A program made the translations under genes and the position numbers. DNA of 58,068 nt, the filler included, from Stramenopiles sp. TOSAG23-3 (lineage: Eukaryota): the NCBI GenBank assembly GCA_900128585.1. It is 3 parts of 3 records of this genome, joined end to end, with 100 filler letters (N's around TTAATTAATTAA, not from the genome) between each part and the next. Parts side by side here need not be neighbours in the genome. Positions count along the whole stretch, not along the records: positions 38,900 to 58,068 come from LT642406.1; 2 more parts are not named here. The stretch is one strand, 5' to 3'. How positions within the stretch are numbered: the stretch's first letter is position 1; every line of letters begins with the position of its first letter. Positions 40,754 to 51,796 of this stretch are shown here, in pieces. The notes under the pieces are model-generated. The model worked only from the letters and a program-made list of their open reading frames with translations. It was not told the DNA's origin and ran no database searches.

Positions 40754-43072
40754 ATGCAGGTTGTGGCAGTGTCACTGTTTTTGTTATTGACTTTCAGTTC
40801 GCAGGTGGTGTTCGCTGGGGTGAACACACCTGTCTATTTTGTTTGCTCGAATACGGTTCGCTATGACATCGTTGCATTAGTTCGCAACAATGTCACGGCA
40901 CATTGCGATTTTGAAATTGCCTTGCACGCGTACAAAGATTCCCCAAAAGGGGCAGCTATCTTGCTCCTTTCGGACGGCCAATCTGAACCGACCCCCTTCC
41001 CCACTGAGAAGGAACAAAATATTGTAATTGCAAAACGACTGCGGGTTTACGTTGAATTTTGCAATTCCCCGGAAACATACAACAAGGGGAACGGTGGTAT
41101 CCAAACCACGTCTTTGGAACGGATTGTGGTCCCAAACGGGAGCTCGCTGGAAGGATTTAAACCAATGCAAATCCTTCACCCCCACGTGACGAACTTTACT
41201 GACCTTCGGTTAGAAAAGGTGGGCGCGTTCCAGACCGACTTGGTGTTGGCCAAAGTTGCGGGCTTCGAAACAGCAGTGTACGGACTCCCGAGCGTCACTT
41301 TTCCTGTCCTGTTAACAACCGTTAAGATGCCGTCCTTTTTGCTGTCCTCGATACCCCTGTCGATGTACGTCACTGCCCGCTTTTCACCTGCGTCTCAATT
41401 TACAAAAGTGTGGACAAGTGTTCTGCGAAAGCTTGGTGTACCGCACGGGGCTTTCCCTGCTCTCTCGCAAGCGGTTGCAGCGGTTCGACCTTCTTTCAGC
41501 GAGAGCCAGAACCTTCCTGGCGATGCAGAGGCGAAAGCCTTTGAGCGGGGACTGAAATTTTATTTAGGAATGCTACCGGATAGCAAAACGACGGCAAAGC
41601 TTGCAATGCTCCGGGCAAAAGGTGGGGGAGTCATTGGGGCGCCGCTTCTCTTACCAAACCTGTACACCAGGTCGAATTTTAGTCTGGGGAGAATGGGCAT
41701 TCTGGAAGGTTTTAACTCCAAGATAGATTTTTCTGGGAATCAGTATGTCTCCACAAATTTGAGGAACGATTGCATCTCAGAAACTGCAATGGCGCTCGCA
41801 ATGGGGGGATATGCTAGCAGTATTTCGAACTCGGCTCTAAAACGGAAATTCAAATCGATTTCAAGAAACTTACTGGACTTCCCTTGGTTTCATGGGGGAT
41901 TCTCCCAGCGGTGGCTCCCTGGGGTTGCCCCGGATCCAATGGGCGACGCCATGGGCCTACTGGCATGGAGCTCAACGACCGATGCATCCAAGTTGTATTA
42001 CGTTGACGATTGCGCACGGTCCATCTTAGCCGGCTTTTCGACCAGGGCACTGCTGCAAAGCGATCGCTGGGACTCTACAATTGCCAGGGCTGTCCTTGCA
42101 AACCTAAGAATGGCAGGACGGTCAGGTTTCAGTGCACAGAACAGTTATGTGTTTTCTGACATTTCGTCTCAATCATGGGAATATTTTCATGATCAAAATA
42201 GCTCGAACAACGTGCGTTTATATACCCCGCACTACCAATCTTACATTTGGGCTGTCTTTATTCGTGCAGACGGGTTCCTTGGAAATGTTGGCTTGCCCAA
42301 CGGCGATGATTTATACAAACTTGCAGCAAATGCAATTTCCATGATGATGCTCCATTATCCAAAGCGGTGGCAAAACACCGCAAACGGAATCACAATGCAA
42401 CGTGCACGAATGCTGCTTCCGTTGTCATGGTTGGTACGCCGCGCAAAGGATCGAGGGGAAGAAAGGCAGTCGGAGATGTACACTATTTGGCTGAACCAGG
42501 TGGCAAGCGGTCTTCTTGCCCGACAACACGAGAACGGTGCAATATACGAGGAAATTTCTGCTCCAGGTTGGGGGGGCAAAGCAAAGGTGCCCAACAACGA
42601 GGATTACGGCACCTTCGAGGCCCCATTAAACCAGGAAAATACAGACCCTGTGTCAGACCTGCTATACACTAGCAATTTTGCTTTTGTCGGGCTGCACGAG
42701 GCTTGGCATGCTACTGGTAATGTCAGCTACAAGGAGAGTTCGGACCGCTTGGGGCAATTCCTTGTCCGCATTCAAGCTCGTGCAATGCGTCCAAAACACT
42801 CCCAGCAGGTTTGGCTCGATCAGTGGGACCATCCTGAACTAGATGGAGCCTTTTTTCGAGCGTTTGCAACCAACTATTGGACTTACTGGGCTAGTGATGC
42901 CGATTTAGGGTGGGGGGCGTGGGCAGTGGAGACTGGATGGAGCCAATCTTGGATCACTACCGTGTTTGGATTGAGACTGAGAAACATATCGCTGTGGGAT
43001 TTATGTAGCGATGGGGCGGCTAACTTGGCAGATGAATTGAGAGGATGGGCACCGTATTATTTTGGAGATTGA
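40754..43072 (+). CDS. Secreted protein, probable six-hairpin (alpha/alpha)6 glycosidase-like fold
   Basis: Signal peptide MQVVAVSLFLLLTFSSQVVFA; W/D/E-rich helical C-terminal half (RNDCISE, YVDDCAR, DLLYTSNFAFVGLHEA, DGAFFRAF, WGAWAVETGWSQSWI); fold assignment is inference. Confidence 0.75.
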   Translation: MQVVAVSLFLLLTFSSQVVFAGVNTPVYFVCSNTVRYDIVALVRNNVTAHCDFEIALHAYKDSPKGAAILLLSDGQSEPTPFPTEKEQNIVIAKRLRVYVEFCNSPETYNKGNGGIQTTSLERIVVPNGSSLEGFKPMQILHPHVTNFTDLRLEKVGAFQTDLVLAKVAGFETAVYGLPSVTFPVLLTTVKMPSFLLSSIPLSMYVTARFSPASQFTKVWTSVLRKLGVPHGAFPALSQAVAAVRPSFSESQNLPGDAEAKAFERGLKFYLGMLPDSKTTAKLAMLRAKGGGVIGAPLLLPNLYTRSNFSLGRMGILEGFNSKIDFSGNQYVSTNLRNDCISETAMALAMGGYASSISNSALKRKFKSISRNLLDFPWFHGGFSQRWLPGVAPDPMGDAMGLLAWSSTTDASKLYYVDDCARSILAGFSTRALLQSDRWDSTIARAVLANLRMAGRSGFSAQNSYVFSDISSQSWEYFHDQNSSNNVRLYTPHYQSYIWAVFIRADGFLGNVGLPNGDDLYKLAANAISMMMLHYPKRWQNTANGITMQRARMLLPLSWLVRRAKDRGEERQSEMYTIWLNQVASGLLARQHENGAIYEEISAPGWGGKAKVPNNEDYGTFEAPLNQENTDPVSDLLYTSNFAFVGLHEAWHATGNVSYKESSDRLGQFLVRIQARAMRPKHSQQVWLDQWDHPELDGAFFRAFATNYWTYWASDADLGWGAWAVETGWSQSWITTVFGLRLRNISLWDLCSDGAANLADELRGWAPYYFGD

Positions 43073-43317
43073 GGACGGATAAAAAAGAGCGAGCAGCCCG
43101 GAAAAATGTAACCTTTTCTATCATAGCAACAAGAGGCAAAAGAAAATTTTACGAAAATGAGTCTCTTAACTTTTACGGAGAGAGATGTAAAATTAACTTA
43201 ATTAAGAGAGGGTAAATCTGATGCATAAAATGATTATTTAAAAAACAATAAAAAGTGTGTTGGTGCTCCTCGTGCGGGTCTTTGTAAATTTTTGCACTCT
43301 GGAGTGTTCTGGTGTTC

Positions 43318-45876
43318 TCAATCAAAACCGATTGCTTCGCCATCGTCCTCCAAATTGAAGGCGTAGAAGTACCCACTGTCTTCGAAAACATGTTCATAGG
43401 TCACATGATGAATTAATCCAAGTTCAAAAAGGTCATCGGCCACTTTCAACGCCTGTTCTCGATTTCCGATGCGAACACTATTGCCCTCCGCCATACGCTC
43501 GAGGTATCCAAGCAGGTCTGACCCCGGAACGCAGGCTTCGTAAGTTACACACCTGTATCGCCGGTCAACAAACAAGTCGGTTTCTTCAACCAGCTTCAAC
43601 AGCAAATCCTTCAGAATCTTTACATAGTCTTTCCCGAGCCGCTTTTTTGTTTTCGCCAACGTGCTTCGCCTGTTCTTGGTGCCATAACTTTCCAACAGTT
43701 CTACGTCAGCGGCATAAACAATTTGTCGGTAGAAAGAACGAAGTTTAGAAAGTGCGCGCTGCCATCCGTTGTCTCTCATAAATATAAAAGTAGAAAACAA
43801 GAGGATTCCCCTCCCACTTACAGTAACGCTACACAGCAAGTGCACGAACAAAAGGACTGCGTCCGTTCTTGGAACATCCGTTCGAAGCAGCTGGGCTCCA
43901 TCCAAAACCGCCGCTACTTGACCTGCGATGCAAAACCCTAGGAATATTTTCATTTTAAACATAAAGTCGCCGCTAATTTGGCACTTTTTCTTCTCGTGGT
44001 TAGTAGGCACCAGGTTCGGAGCGGTGCATTCGAGCCCACGCTGCCCCCCGTTGTCGTTGGACCCCCCCGCGCTAAGAAATGGCTCCTCGAAATGAACCAT
44101 TGCCGGGCTGGTGGTGTTGCCGCGACCCGTCGGTCGATATAACATCCCGCACGTTACAAAAATACATACTATTGCCTCTACTGAAAGTATGGCTACGTCG
44201 ATGTAAATATCCACGTCACTATATTGATAAATGCACGGATAGTAACCTCCAGTCAATTCAAAACTCTGCGTTTTCAAGAGATGCAGTGCCAGGGATGCGA
44301 CACCGGCCACTATCAAGGTAATTTTCCACCGTGAACACACATTTGAAGTTTGCTTTTCACTAACCTTTCCATTTTTGTGAATAAAATATGTTTCTGCAGC
44401 AACCGCAAAAGTAATAAACAAGCGCATCCAGAGCCCAAATAGATTTGACCAAAAGTAAAAGGTCGGATCTGCCACAGCCACATCGTGTTCATGGGCATTG
44501 CTCGGCCAAATGGTCGCCCGAAGACACTGCGTGCTGAAATAATTCTTCATTGCCCCAAGCAAGCCCAATATCGGAATAAAACATTTCGGAAACTTTCTCC
44601 AGTCGCTTGACATTACGCCAGTCAACGCAAGCCAAAAATAACCGAGTCCGCTGACAACTGTTATCGAAATATCCAATGTGGTTGACCTGCCGAGGGATGG
44701 ATTTGCGAGCAACCCGGAAACGAGTATCATTACAGGCGTCCACAACAACATAACCAGCACTGTGGCTCCACTCAGCATGTCCGTCACGGGAGACTGCACT
44801 GATTGGGCCATAATTAGTGCAAGGGAGGATGACGGCAGCGACGAGTAAACAAAGCAGTACTGGCTGAATTTAATCGATTTTTCCGAGCCATTGTAAAGCC
44901 ATTTTGAGAAATAGTACGCTACAAAGGGAGCCACCACCACTTTCACCACCGAGAGTAGTAAAGGGACTACCAAACTTTTCCCCCGAAGCTTGTTCAGTTT
45001 CCCGACAACTGACATGCCGCCACCGAATAGCGCGGCCATTGCGTAAGGTGTCCCCCCTTTCTCCAGTGCCTGGTCAAAAAAGAGTGGGATATTTTTGTGG
45101 GAAGACGCATCTCCAGGAGTTACCGGAAATGCAAGACTGAACGCAACACCGAACAAAATCGACAGCATAGACGGAGAATGCAGCAGGTTAACCACGACGC
45201 GAGCAGCAGTTTCCCCACAACTCGATCGGTTTGGGGCATGGCTTTTTGACCGAGCACTTTTTGACCGAGCACTTTTTGATCGGACACTTTTTGCCCTGGT
45301 ACTTGGCGCTCCCTCCAACCCGGCCTGATTATTACCCATTGCCAACGTCTGACCGACTTTAAACAGAGCGATGCACAATGAATACACGCAAATAGTCGAG
45401 GCCCCAACGATAACATAGGTCATAGCGACCAAGTCAGCCTCACCGTCGGTCGGCGGATACAGGGACTCTATCACAACCAAGCCAATCGCCAGGTCGTTTG
45501 ACGAGTGGGTAAACATCGAGTAAAGCCCCGCCCGCGTAATCCAGTGCTCGTCAATCCCTGGTGATTTCGCTCCGTACCCAGCAATAGCACTCCCCAAAAG
45601 CACAGAAACAAATTTAGCAAGAATGCAAGAAAACACAATTTCAACTTCGAGTGCAGAGTAGTCAATTTGTGCGACAGAACGGAAGATCAATATTGGCAAA
45701 CATATCCTGCCAACGAGAACATTTATCCCAGCTAACGATGTCTTTGGGATAAACGATGTAATCACCGCCCCGTATCCCAATGCTGTCACGAAGAAGACGA
45801 CGAACAAAGAGCGCAATAAAGGTTCAAGTTCTAAGGCTGGGGGATTCCCAGAAACTGTCGCATTCGCAAACTCCAT
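43318..45876 (-). CDS. GPR155: GPR155/LYCHOS homolog (PIN/AEC-like transporter + 7TM + DEP domain)
   Basis: N-terminal AEC-type helices (ALGY, ICLPILIF, HSSNDLAIG, KVVVAP, YSSLPSS), ~7 further TMs, C-terminal DEP DRRYRCVTYEACVPGSDLL...GLIHHVTYEHVFEDSGYFYAF. Confidence 0.9.
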   Translation of the reverse strand: MEFANATVSGNPPALELEPLLRSLFVVFFVTALGYGAVITSFIPKTSLAGINVLVGRICLPILIFRSVAQIDYSALEVEIVFSCILAKFVSVLLGSAIAGYGAKSPGIDEHWITRAGLYSMFTHSSNDLAIGLVVIESLYPPTDGEADLVAMTYVIVGASTICVYSLCIALFKVGQTLAMGNNQAGLEGAPSTRAKSVRSKSARSKSARSKSHAPNRSSCGETAARVVVNLLHSPSMLSILFGVAFSLAFPVTPGDASSHKNIPLFFDQALEKGGTPYAMAALFGGGMSVVGKLNKLRGKSLVVPLLLSVVKVVVAPFVAYYFSKWLYNGSEKSIKFSQYCFVYSSLPSSSLALIMAQSVQSPVTDMLSGATVLVMLLWTPVMILVSGLLANPSLGRSTTLDISITVVSGLGYFWLALTGVMSSDWRKFPKCFIPILGLLGAMKNYFSTQCLRATIWPSNAHEHDVAVADPTFYFWSNLFGLWMRLFITFAVAAETYFIHKNGKVSEKQTSNVCSRWKITLIVAGVASLALHLLKTQSFELTGGYYPCIYQYSDVDIYIDVAILSVEAIVCIFVTCGMLYRPTGRGNTTSPAMVHFEEPFLSAGGSNDNGGQRGLECTAPNLVPTNHEKKKCQISGDFMFKMKIFLGFCIAGQVAAVLDGAQLLRTDVPRTDAVLLFVHLLCSVTVSGRGILLFSTFIFMRDNGWQRALSKLRSFYRQIVYAADVELLESYGTKNRRSTLAKTKKRLGKDYVKILKDLLLKLVEETDLFVDRRYRCVTYEACVPGSDLLGYLERMAEGNSVRIGNREQALKVADDLFELGLIHHVTYEHVFEDSGYFYAFNLEDDGEAIGFD

Positions 45877-46384
45877 GGGCTCGCGAGATACGATTCACAG
45901 GTGGGGTCGGATATTTCCCAAAGCGACTGGATCACAAATCACTTTATCTCGCTTTGTGGGGAGGGGTATAAAAAATGATAGTTACTCTATCTTTTAATTG
46001 TTCTTTCTTTATAATAAAATCAATTGCATGGATATATAAACTCTCAATATGTAAACTGAAGTAATAGAAAATGTTTTCAAGTCAGCGTCGAGATCATAAT
46101 TAATAATCCCATCCGTCCCATCTCACCCCCATCTTTTTCTTCATCTCGATGATCATCATTCGAAGAACATTTCTTTTTCCCCACCACACTACCGTATATA
46201 TATTTTATTTATAAAAAAGAATAAAAAATTTCACAAAGGTAGTTGGGTAAAGGTACAGGTAATAGTAGGAAATATCTAACTATAACCCTAATCATAATCC
46301 TGCTGATAAAACAAATAAATAATATCTTCACAACAAAATCCCAACTTCTTCTTCAACAAAGTGAATAATAACAATGAACGCGTA

Positions 46385-46617
46385 TCTTTTCTTCTTTTTC
46401 TTCTTTTTCTTCTTCTTCTTTTTCTTTTTCTTCTTCTTCTTCTTCTTCTTCTTCTTTCTTTTCTTCTTTTATCTTCTTCTTTTATCTTCTTCTTTTTCTT
46501 CTTCTTCTTCTTCTTCTTCTTCTTCTTCTTCTTTTATCTTCTTCTTTTTCTTCTTTCTTCTTTCTTCTTTCTTCTTTCTTCTTTCTTCTTTCTTCTTTCT
46601 TCTTTCTTCTTTCTTCT

Positions 46618-46650
<33 letters not shown>

Positions 46651-46705
46651 TTCTTCCTCTTCTTCTTCTTCTTTCTTCTTCTTCTTCTTCTTCTTCTTCT
46701 TCTTC
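46385..46705. repeat. Compound (CTT)n/(CTTT) pyrimidine tract
   Basis: Read directly. Confidence 0.95.
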
Positions 46706-47425
46706 TAGTCTAAGAAGGTGCTGTTAGTTAGAACTCGAGACTCGAGACTCGAGCTGCGCCAAGGCGGCTTTCTCCTTTCTCCTCTTCTGGCTACCGCTCT
46801 CGTTTTTTAAGTATACAATAAAACGGTAATAGTGCAAATTTCATTCCTATTTAAAAGGAATGTTTTTTTACCCAATTGAATAGGTTTTCTATCTTCTATT
46901 TTTTATTCTTTTATTTTTTGTGGTAAAACGGTTTGCATTCGTTACTGTAAATTAAAAATGGGATGAATGATGAATAATGATCATAAAAAAAAAGGAAGAA
47001 CGTTACTTTTTTCTATTTATTTTCTATTTATTTTTATACTTCTTTGTACTTACTACAACCCTTTCCGTTCCTTTCTAATAAAATATAACAACAACTTGTA
47101 TAAAAAATAACAACAATAATAACCACAACTTTAAAAAAAATATGACAAAAATTATTCTCACAATGATATACTCTTGTTCTATATTTATTATTATTATTAT
47201 GGTATTACAATATTATAAAATATAAGAAGAACAAAAAATAATTCTCATTCTTGTCGTCTGTTTTCTCTTGTCTTGTTTGGGGATTTCTTTCATACATTCA
47301 TTCTTTCATTCATCTTTTCTTTCCTCCTTTCTTTCTTTCTTTCTTTCTTCCTTTCTTTCTTCTTTTCTTTCTCTCTTTAACTCATCGTTCGCCGGAATCA
47401 AAAGCAAACAACTAAAAAAAAGCAC

Positions 47426-50122
47426 ATGTCGGAAGCTGTTCCATCACCACCAGAAGGCCCGCCGCCGAGCGAGTCCAAGCCTGCCACGGAAGAGGCGGCG
47501 CCCCCGCCACCAAAAGAAGCCCCTCCCGCACAGAAAAAAGACGAGAAAGAGTCTGGCCCAGAGCCAGTCGTCGAGAGGGTCGAGTTTGACGATTTCAAGG
47601 CTTACAAAGACCGCAGCTGCACCGACGTGCTGTGCTGCCTCCTCTTTATCGTTTTCCTTCTTGGTTGGGTGGCCGTGGTCGTCCTCGGGTGGATGTTTGG
47701 TTCGCCTTACTCCATAGTATACGCTGTCGATTACGAAGCCAACATATGCTCCCATTCCTGCTCGAAGACGTCCGACAACTGCCCAGGCAACTTGTTGAAG
47801 CGAAGGGTGGGTCATTTCCCCCGGATCGTCCCCGATATGATGGAACAAGCGGACGACGTTGCGCAGGGCAAACTTCCGAAGTTCTACACCATCTGCCGAA
47901 AAGAGTGCCCCCAGAAAGGCGACATCGTGTGTGATTACGCGTTTGAACAAAAGTACTACTACAAGCTCGGGATCGACCTTGCTAGGGTAAAGCAATGCCT
48001 CGCCGCGACCGCTTCTGTCAACAGGTTTGTGTACGCCCAGGCGCCGCGAACCCTGGACTTGGCGTTGGCAGCGTCCAGTGTCCCAGACAAGGACTTGTGC
48101 GCCGAGGCGTATTTAGCCTGCGACTTTACCACGACAAACACGAAAGAGGTGTTCAACCGCTGCCTTCCAGTGAGCCAGAAAGCGCCCGAGAACGTCACGG
48201 AAAGGTGCTCCTACCCGTTGTCGACGACAGCGTGCGCTGCTACGGACGAGCAGGCCGCGCGGTCGGGAAAATTTACGACTAACTGCATAAAGAGCGCGGA
48301 CGATGGCAATTACTACCAGGCCGCGTACTTGCCGACCGAAAAAGTGTACGATGGGTACGTTCAGTACCTCCTTGAAGGCGATAGCAAAAAAGAGTGCGCG
48401 TCGAAGGAAGTGTACACGGAGTCCTTGCGGGAGGAAATGCCCCAGGACGACCAGCTCGGCCCCCTTCTGGAAACGGCCATGACTGCAATGTCTTACTTTG
48501 CAGACGTGGTCAAGTCGTGGAGGGTCATCCTTGTCATGGGCCTCGTCGCGCCCCTGGTCTTGTCCAGCGTATGGGTCGGGATCCTTCGCTTTTGCACTGG
48601 CCTCGTGGTCTGGGGAACCTTGGTCCTTTTGGAATTGACGCTGCTGGGCGGCGGCGTGTTTGCCCTCATCCAGGCGGAGGTAATCGATGTGAACGCTGTA
48701 TCGTCGCAGGTCTCGGCAAGCGCCGGGACGGAAGTGAGCGTGGAAGTTCCAAAAGTCGACACCCCATACAATGGGTACTTTGAGGCAATCGGTTACGTCC
48801 TATGTGCGTGCGCCGGGATTTTGCTCTGTTTGATGGTTTTCAAGCGAAGTGCGATCAAGACTGCGGTGAACGTTATTAAGCTGGCCTGCGCGGCGATTGG
48901 CTCCATGCCCCAGCTCCAGTTCTTTCCCATTTTGACGTACATTGCCCTTGCCGGCCTGTTAGGGTTCTGGGTCATCGTGCAGCTTTTGCTCGTTACCGCG
49001 AGCGACATAAGCACGGATGACATCATGAGCGCGGCCGGGAACGCAACAGACCTTCTGGGAATGGACTCATCGGCCATGGACAATGCGACCGCGGTCAATT
49101 TCACCGCCACGACGGGCGTTGCAGCGCTGGACGACATGAAAACGATCAACTACCTGTACGCCTACCACCTCTTCGGCCTGTTGTGGGCGAACGCGTTCAT
49201 CCAAGGGCTTGGCATGATGACCATCTCGGGCGCGGTGTCCTGTTGGTACTGGGCGCCGTTCGAGAACACCACCAAAGATACCGACGGGGACGGGAACATT
49301 GGTGAAAACGACAAGACTACCTCGAAAGTGGTCGTTCCAGGCTGGCCAGTGTTCGGTTCGCTCTGTCGCACCATGAGGTTCCACGTAGGCTCCGTTGCGT
49401 TTGGGTCGTTGATCATCGCCATCGTTCAGTTCATTCGCATCGTGTTCGCGTACATTACCAAGCAGTTGGAAGGGGTCGGTGGAGAAGATTCGAAAATCAA
49501 AAAAGTGATCCTTTGCATCATAAACTGCATGTTGGCATGCTTGGAAAAGTGCGTAAAGTACATTTCCAGGAATAGTTACATTTACACGTCGATCAAAGGA
49601 ACGTCCTTTTGCTGGTCTGCTTTCATGTCGTTCAAATTGATCTTCAACAATTTGGCACGTTTCGGCATGACCGCTGGAATCACGGCGGTCCTCATGCTCT
49701 TGGCAAAGACCACCGTGGTCGCGGGCTCCGCCGTTTTGGGCTACATTTGGCTCAAGTACGATCCAACGTACAATTCGGGCGAGTTGCAGGTGACGAACCC
49801 CGTCTTGCCGTTGGTCCTTATGGTCATCATGTCCTTGATTGTGGCGTTGTCCTTCTTCTACGTGGTGGAACTGGGAATAGACACGGTCCTCTTGAACTAC
49901 TGCATTGATTTGGAAAGAAAAGACCAAGGGAAGCCAATGGCGGCAGACTACAAGCTAGGGAAAGCACCGTTGGGGCCGGGGAAAGACGGCGATGGTGGGG
50001 AGAAAGACGATGGGGACATGGACGTTTCCTGCTGCTCCCTCTGCAAATGCTGCAACCCGTTCGTCAGACGATGCTGCGTCGATGAGAAGAAAGGCAGCGG
50101 AAAAGTCGCCCCGTCTAAATAA
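47426..50122 (+). CDS. Choline transporter-like protein (CTL/SLC44 family)
   Basis: RSCTDVLCCLLF N-motif, Cys-rich ectodomain, FHVGSVAFGSLIIAIVQ, CLEKCVKYISRNSY, IDTVLLNYCID. Confidence 0.95.
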   Translation: MSEAVPSPPEGPPPSESKPATEEAAPPPPKEAPPAQKKDEKESGPEPVVERVEFDDFKAYKDRSCTDVLCCLLFIVFLLGWVAVVVLGWMFGSPYSIVYAVDYEANICSHSCSKTSDNCPGNLLKRRVGHFPRIVPDMMEQADDVAQGKLPKFYTICRKECPQKGDIVCDYAFEQKYYYKLGIDLARVKQCLAATASVNRFVYAQAPRTLDLALAASSVPDKDLCAEAYLACDFTTTNTKEVFNRCLPVSQKAPENVTERCSYPLSTTACAATDEQAARSGKFTTNCIKSADDGNYYQAAYLPTEKVYDGYVQYLLEGDSKKECASKEVYTESLREEMPQDDQLGPLLETAMTAMSYFADVVKSWRVILVMGLVAPLVLSSVWVGILRFCTGLVVWGTLVLLELTLLGGGVFALIQAEVIDVNAVSSQVSASAGTEVSVEVPKVDTPYNGYFEAIGYVLCACAGILLCLMVFKRSAIKTAVNVIKLACAAIGSMPQLQFFPILTYIALAGLLGFWVIVQLLLVTASDISTDDIMSAAGNATDLLGMDSSAMDNATAVNFTATTGVAALDDMKTINYLYAYHLFGLLWANAFIQGLGMMTISGAVSCWYWAPFENTTKDTDGDGNIGENDKTTSKVVVPGWPVFGSLCRTMRFHVGSVAFGSLIIAIVQFIRIVFAYITKQLEGVGGEDSKIKKVILCIINCMLACLEKCVKYISRNSYIYTSIKGTSFCWSAFMSFKLIFNNLARFGMTAGITAVLMLLAKTTVVAGSAVLGYIWLKYDPTYNSGELQVTNPVLPLVLMVIMSLIVALSFFYVVELGIDTVLLNYCIDLERKDQGKPMAADYKLGKAPLGPGKDGDGGEKDDGDMDVSCCSLCKCCNPFVRRCCVDEKKGSGKVAPSK

Positions 50123-50766
50123 CCGGGAAAGAAGGGCTGCAAGCAAGGGAGGTGAGGAGTAAAGAAATTAATATATTGCCTATCTCTTACACATACCCAA
50201 GTATTTGTGGTTGATAAAAACAAAATCATTCGAGACAAAAGGAGCCGATTCACTTTCGTGGTGGTACATGAAGATGATTAATTTTAATTGCTTAGTACTT
50301 CAATATAACAGGGCCAATTTTTTGTTTTTAAATTTATTAAAAAATCGTATGTTATGTTAGTCTACTACGAAGTACATCAAACGCACATTCCCTCTACTAA
50401 CGGTTGGTTTATAAAAAATACTACCTTCATAGCAGCTGCTCACAGCTCACTTTTCTTTCTTGTTAAATAAGAATCTCCCCGCCGCCCTCCGCCCTCCGCC
50501 CTCCTCTTCCTCCTTTCTCTCCCTTTCTTCTTCTTCTTTCTCTTTCTTCTTCTGTCTGAACTAGAAAATATACCGCACCGCAAGTTGCTATTTATAATAA
50601 GATTGTGGCGATTGGTCCCATTCAATATAAAAATCGTTTGAACAAGTGATGATGAAAGTCCAACCACGCGCGCACGTGGAAGGACAATCGTCTTATTTAC
50701 GACCATTGCGTTGTGTTTTATATCAACCCCGGGAAGAAACTAGTACTTTGGAAGTAGCACCGAAGG

Positions 50767-51498
50767 ATGGCAAAAACGAGGCAAATTTCAAGCCAAGGGT
50801 ACCAAGTGACGGTGTTGGACTTTAACGGCGACGAAGGCAAAACTCCGGACGGCGTGGTACTGTTTTTGCACGGTTTGGGTGCAGAGGCAAACCAGTTCCG
50901 CGATTTTGCGACCCACATAATGAGGGCGTCGAAGTTAGGCAGTAAGCACGTGCGGTTCGTGCTCCCCCAAGCCTTAAAACTAGAGGGGATGGACCAGGTC
51001 GGATGGTTTGGGCTCAACTTGATGAGTTGGCAGATGGCGTTCATGGGCGGAGAGCAAGCCCTGGCAGCGAAAATCCGAGAAACCCCCGAGCATATGCACA
51101 CTACGCGTGAAAAACTTTTGAACCTTTTGAAAGAGCAGGGCAACGGGGTGCCGGTATCGAAGTGGGCGATCGGCGGCTTTTCGATGGGCGCCTCCATGAC
51201 GGTAGAGGTGGCTGCCTTGCTCAAAGAGAACCCGGCCGGCCTCCTCGTGTGCTCTGCGCTCCCTTTGAATGTGAACGAGTGGGCCGCTGGTCTTAACGGC
51301 GTCAAGGGCACGAAGGTGCTCCACTTACATGGGCGCTCCGACCCCCTGATTCCGATCATGGCGTCCAACTGGGTCCGGGATATGCTCAAGCACTGCGGGT
51401 TAGATGTAAATTACGTCGCTCACAACGGCGGGCACGATATTGGTGGGATGGCCGAAATGGACGCAATCCAAAAGTTTTTCCAAGACGCACTCGCGTAG
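50767..51498 (+). CDS. Acyl-protein thioesterase / phospholipase-carboxylesterase (abhydrolase_2)
   Basis: FLHGLG, FVLPQA, GGFSMGA nucleophile, HGRSDPLIP (Asp), GGHDI (His). Confidence 0.92.
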   Translation: MAKTRQISSQGYQVTVLDFNGDEGKTPDGVVLFLHGLGAEANQFRDFATHIMRASKLGSKHVRFVLPQALKLEGMDQVGWFGLNLMSWQMAFMGGEQALAAKIRETPEHMHTTREKLLNLLKEQGNGVPVSKWAIGGFSMGASMTVEVAALLKENPAGLLVCSALPLNVNEWAAGLNGVKGTKVLHLHGRSDPLIPIMASNWVRDMLKHCGLDVNYVAHNGGHDIGGMAEMDAIQKFFQDALA

Positions 51499-51796
51499 CA
51501 ACAAAATGAAGGTGTTCGGGTCTCTGTCAGGATGAACCCCGGAGAAGTGCGAGCACCAATTATGTTGCACCACACCCATCCTGCACAGCTTTGCGTGCGC
51601 ACGCGCCGTTGTAATATTTTTTTATTTTACGCGTCTAAAAGTCTAAAATTATACGAAGTACGCGTGAGTATCATCTTAAATGTGAATTAAAACGGCGTGC
51701 TCCTCTCTCCTCCCGGTTTCCCCCAACCGACGACGCCGTTCAATGCGTTTCGTCTGTGAATATATGAAGTGTGCGGACTTCTTTTTCCCTCCTCCT

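Noticed and set aside
46361-46727. F/L/S-rich ORFs
   Set aside because: Simple pyrimidine repeat
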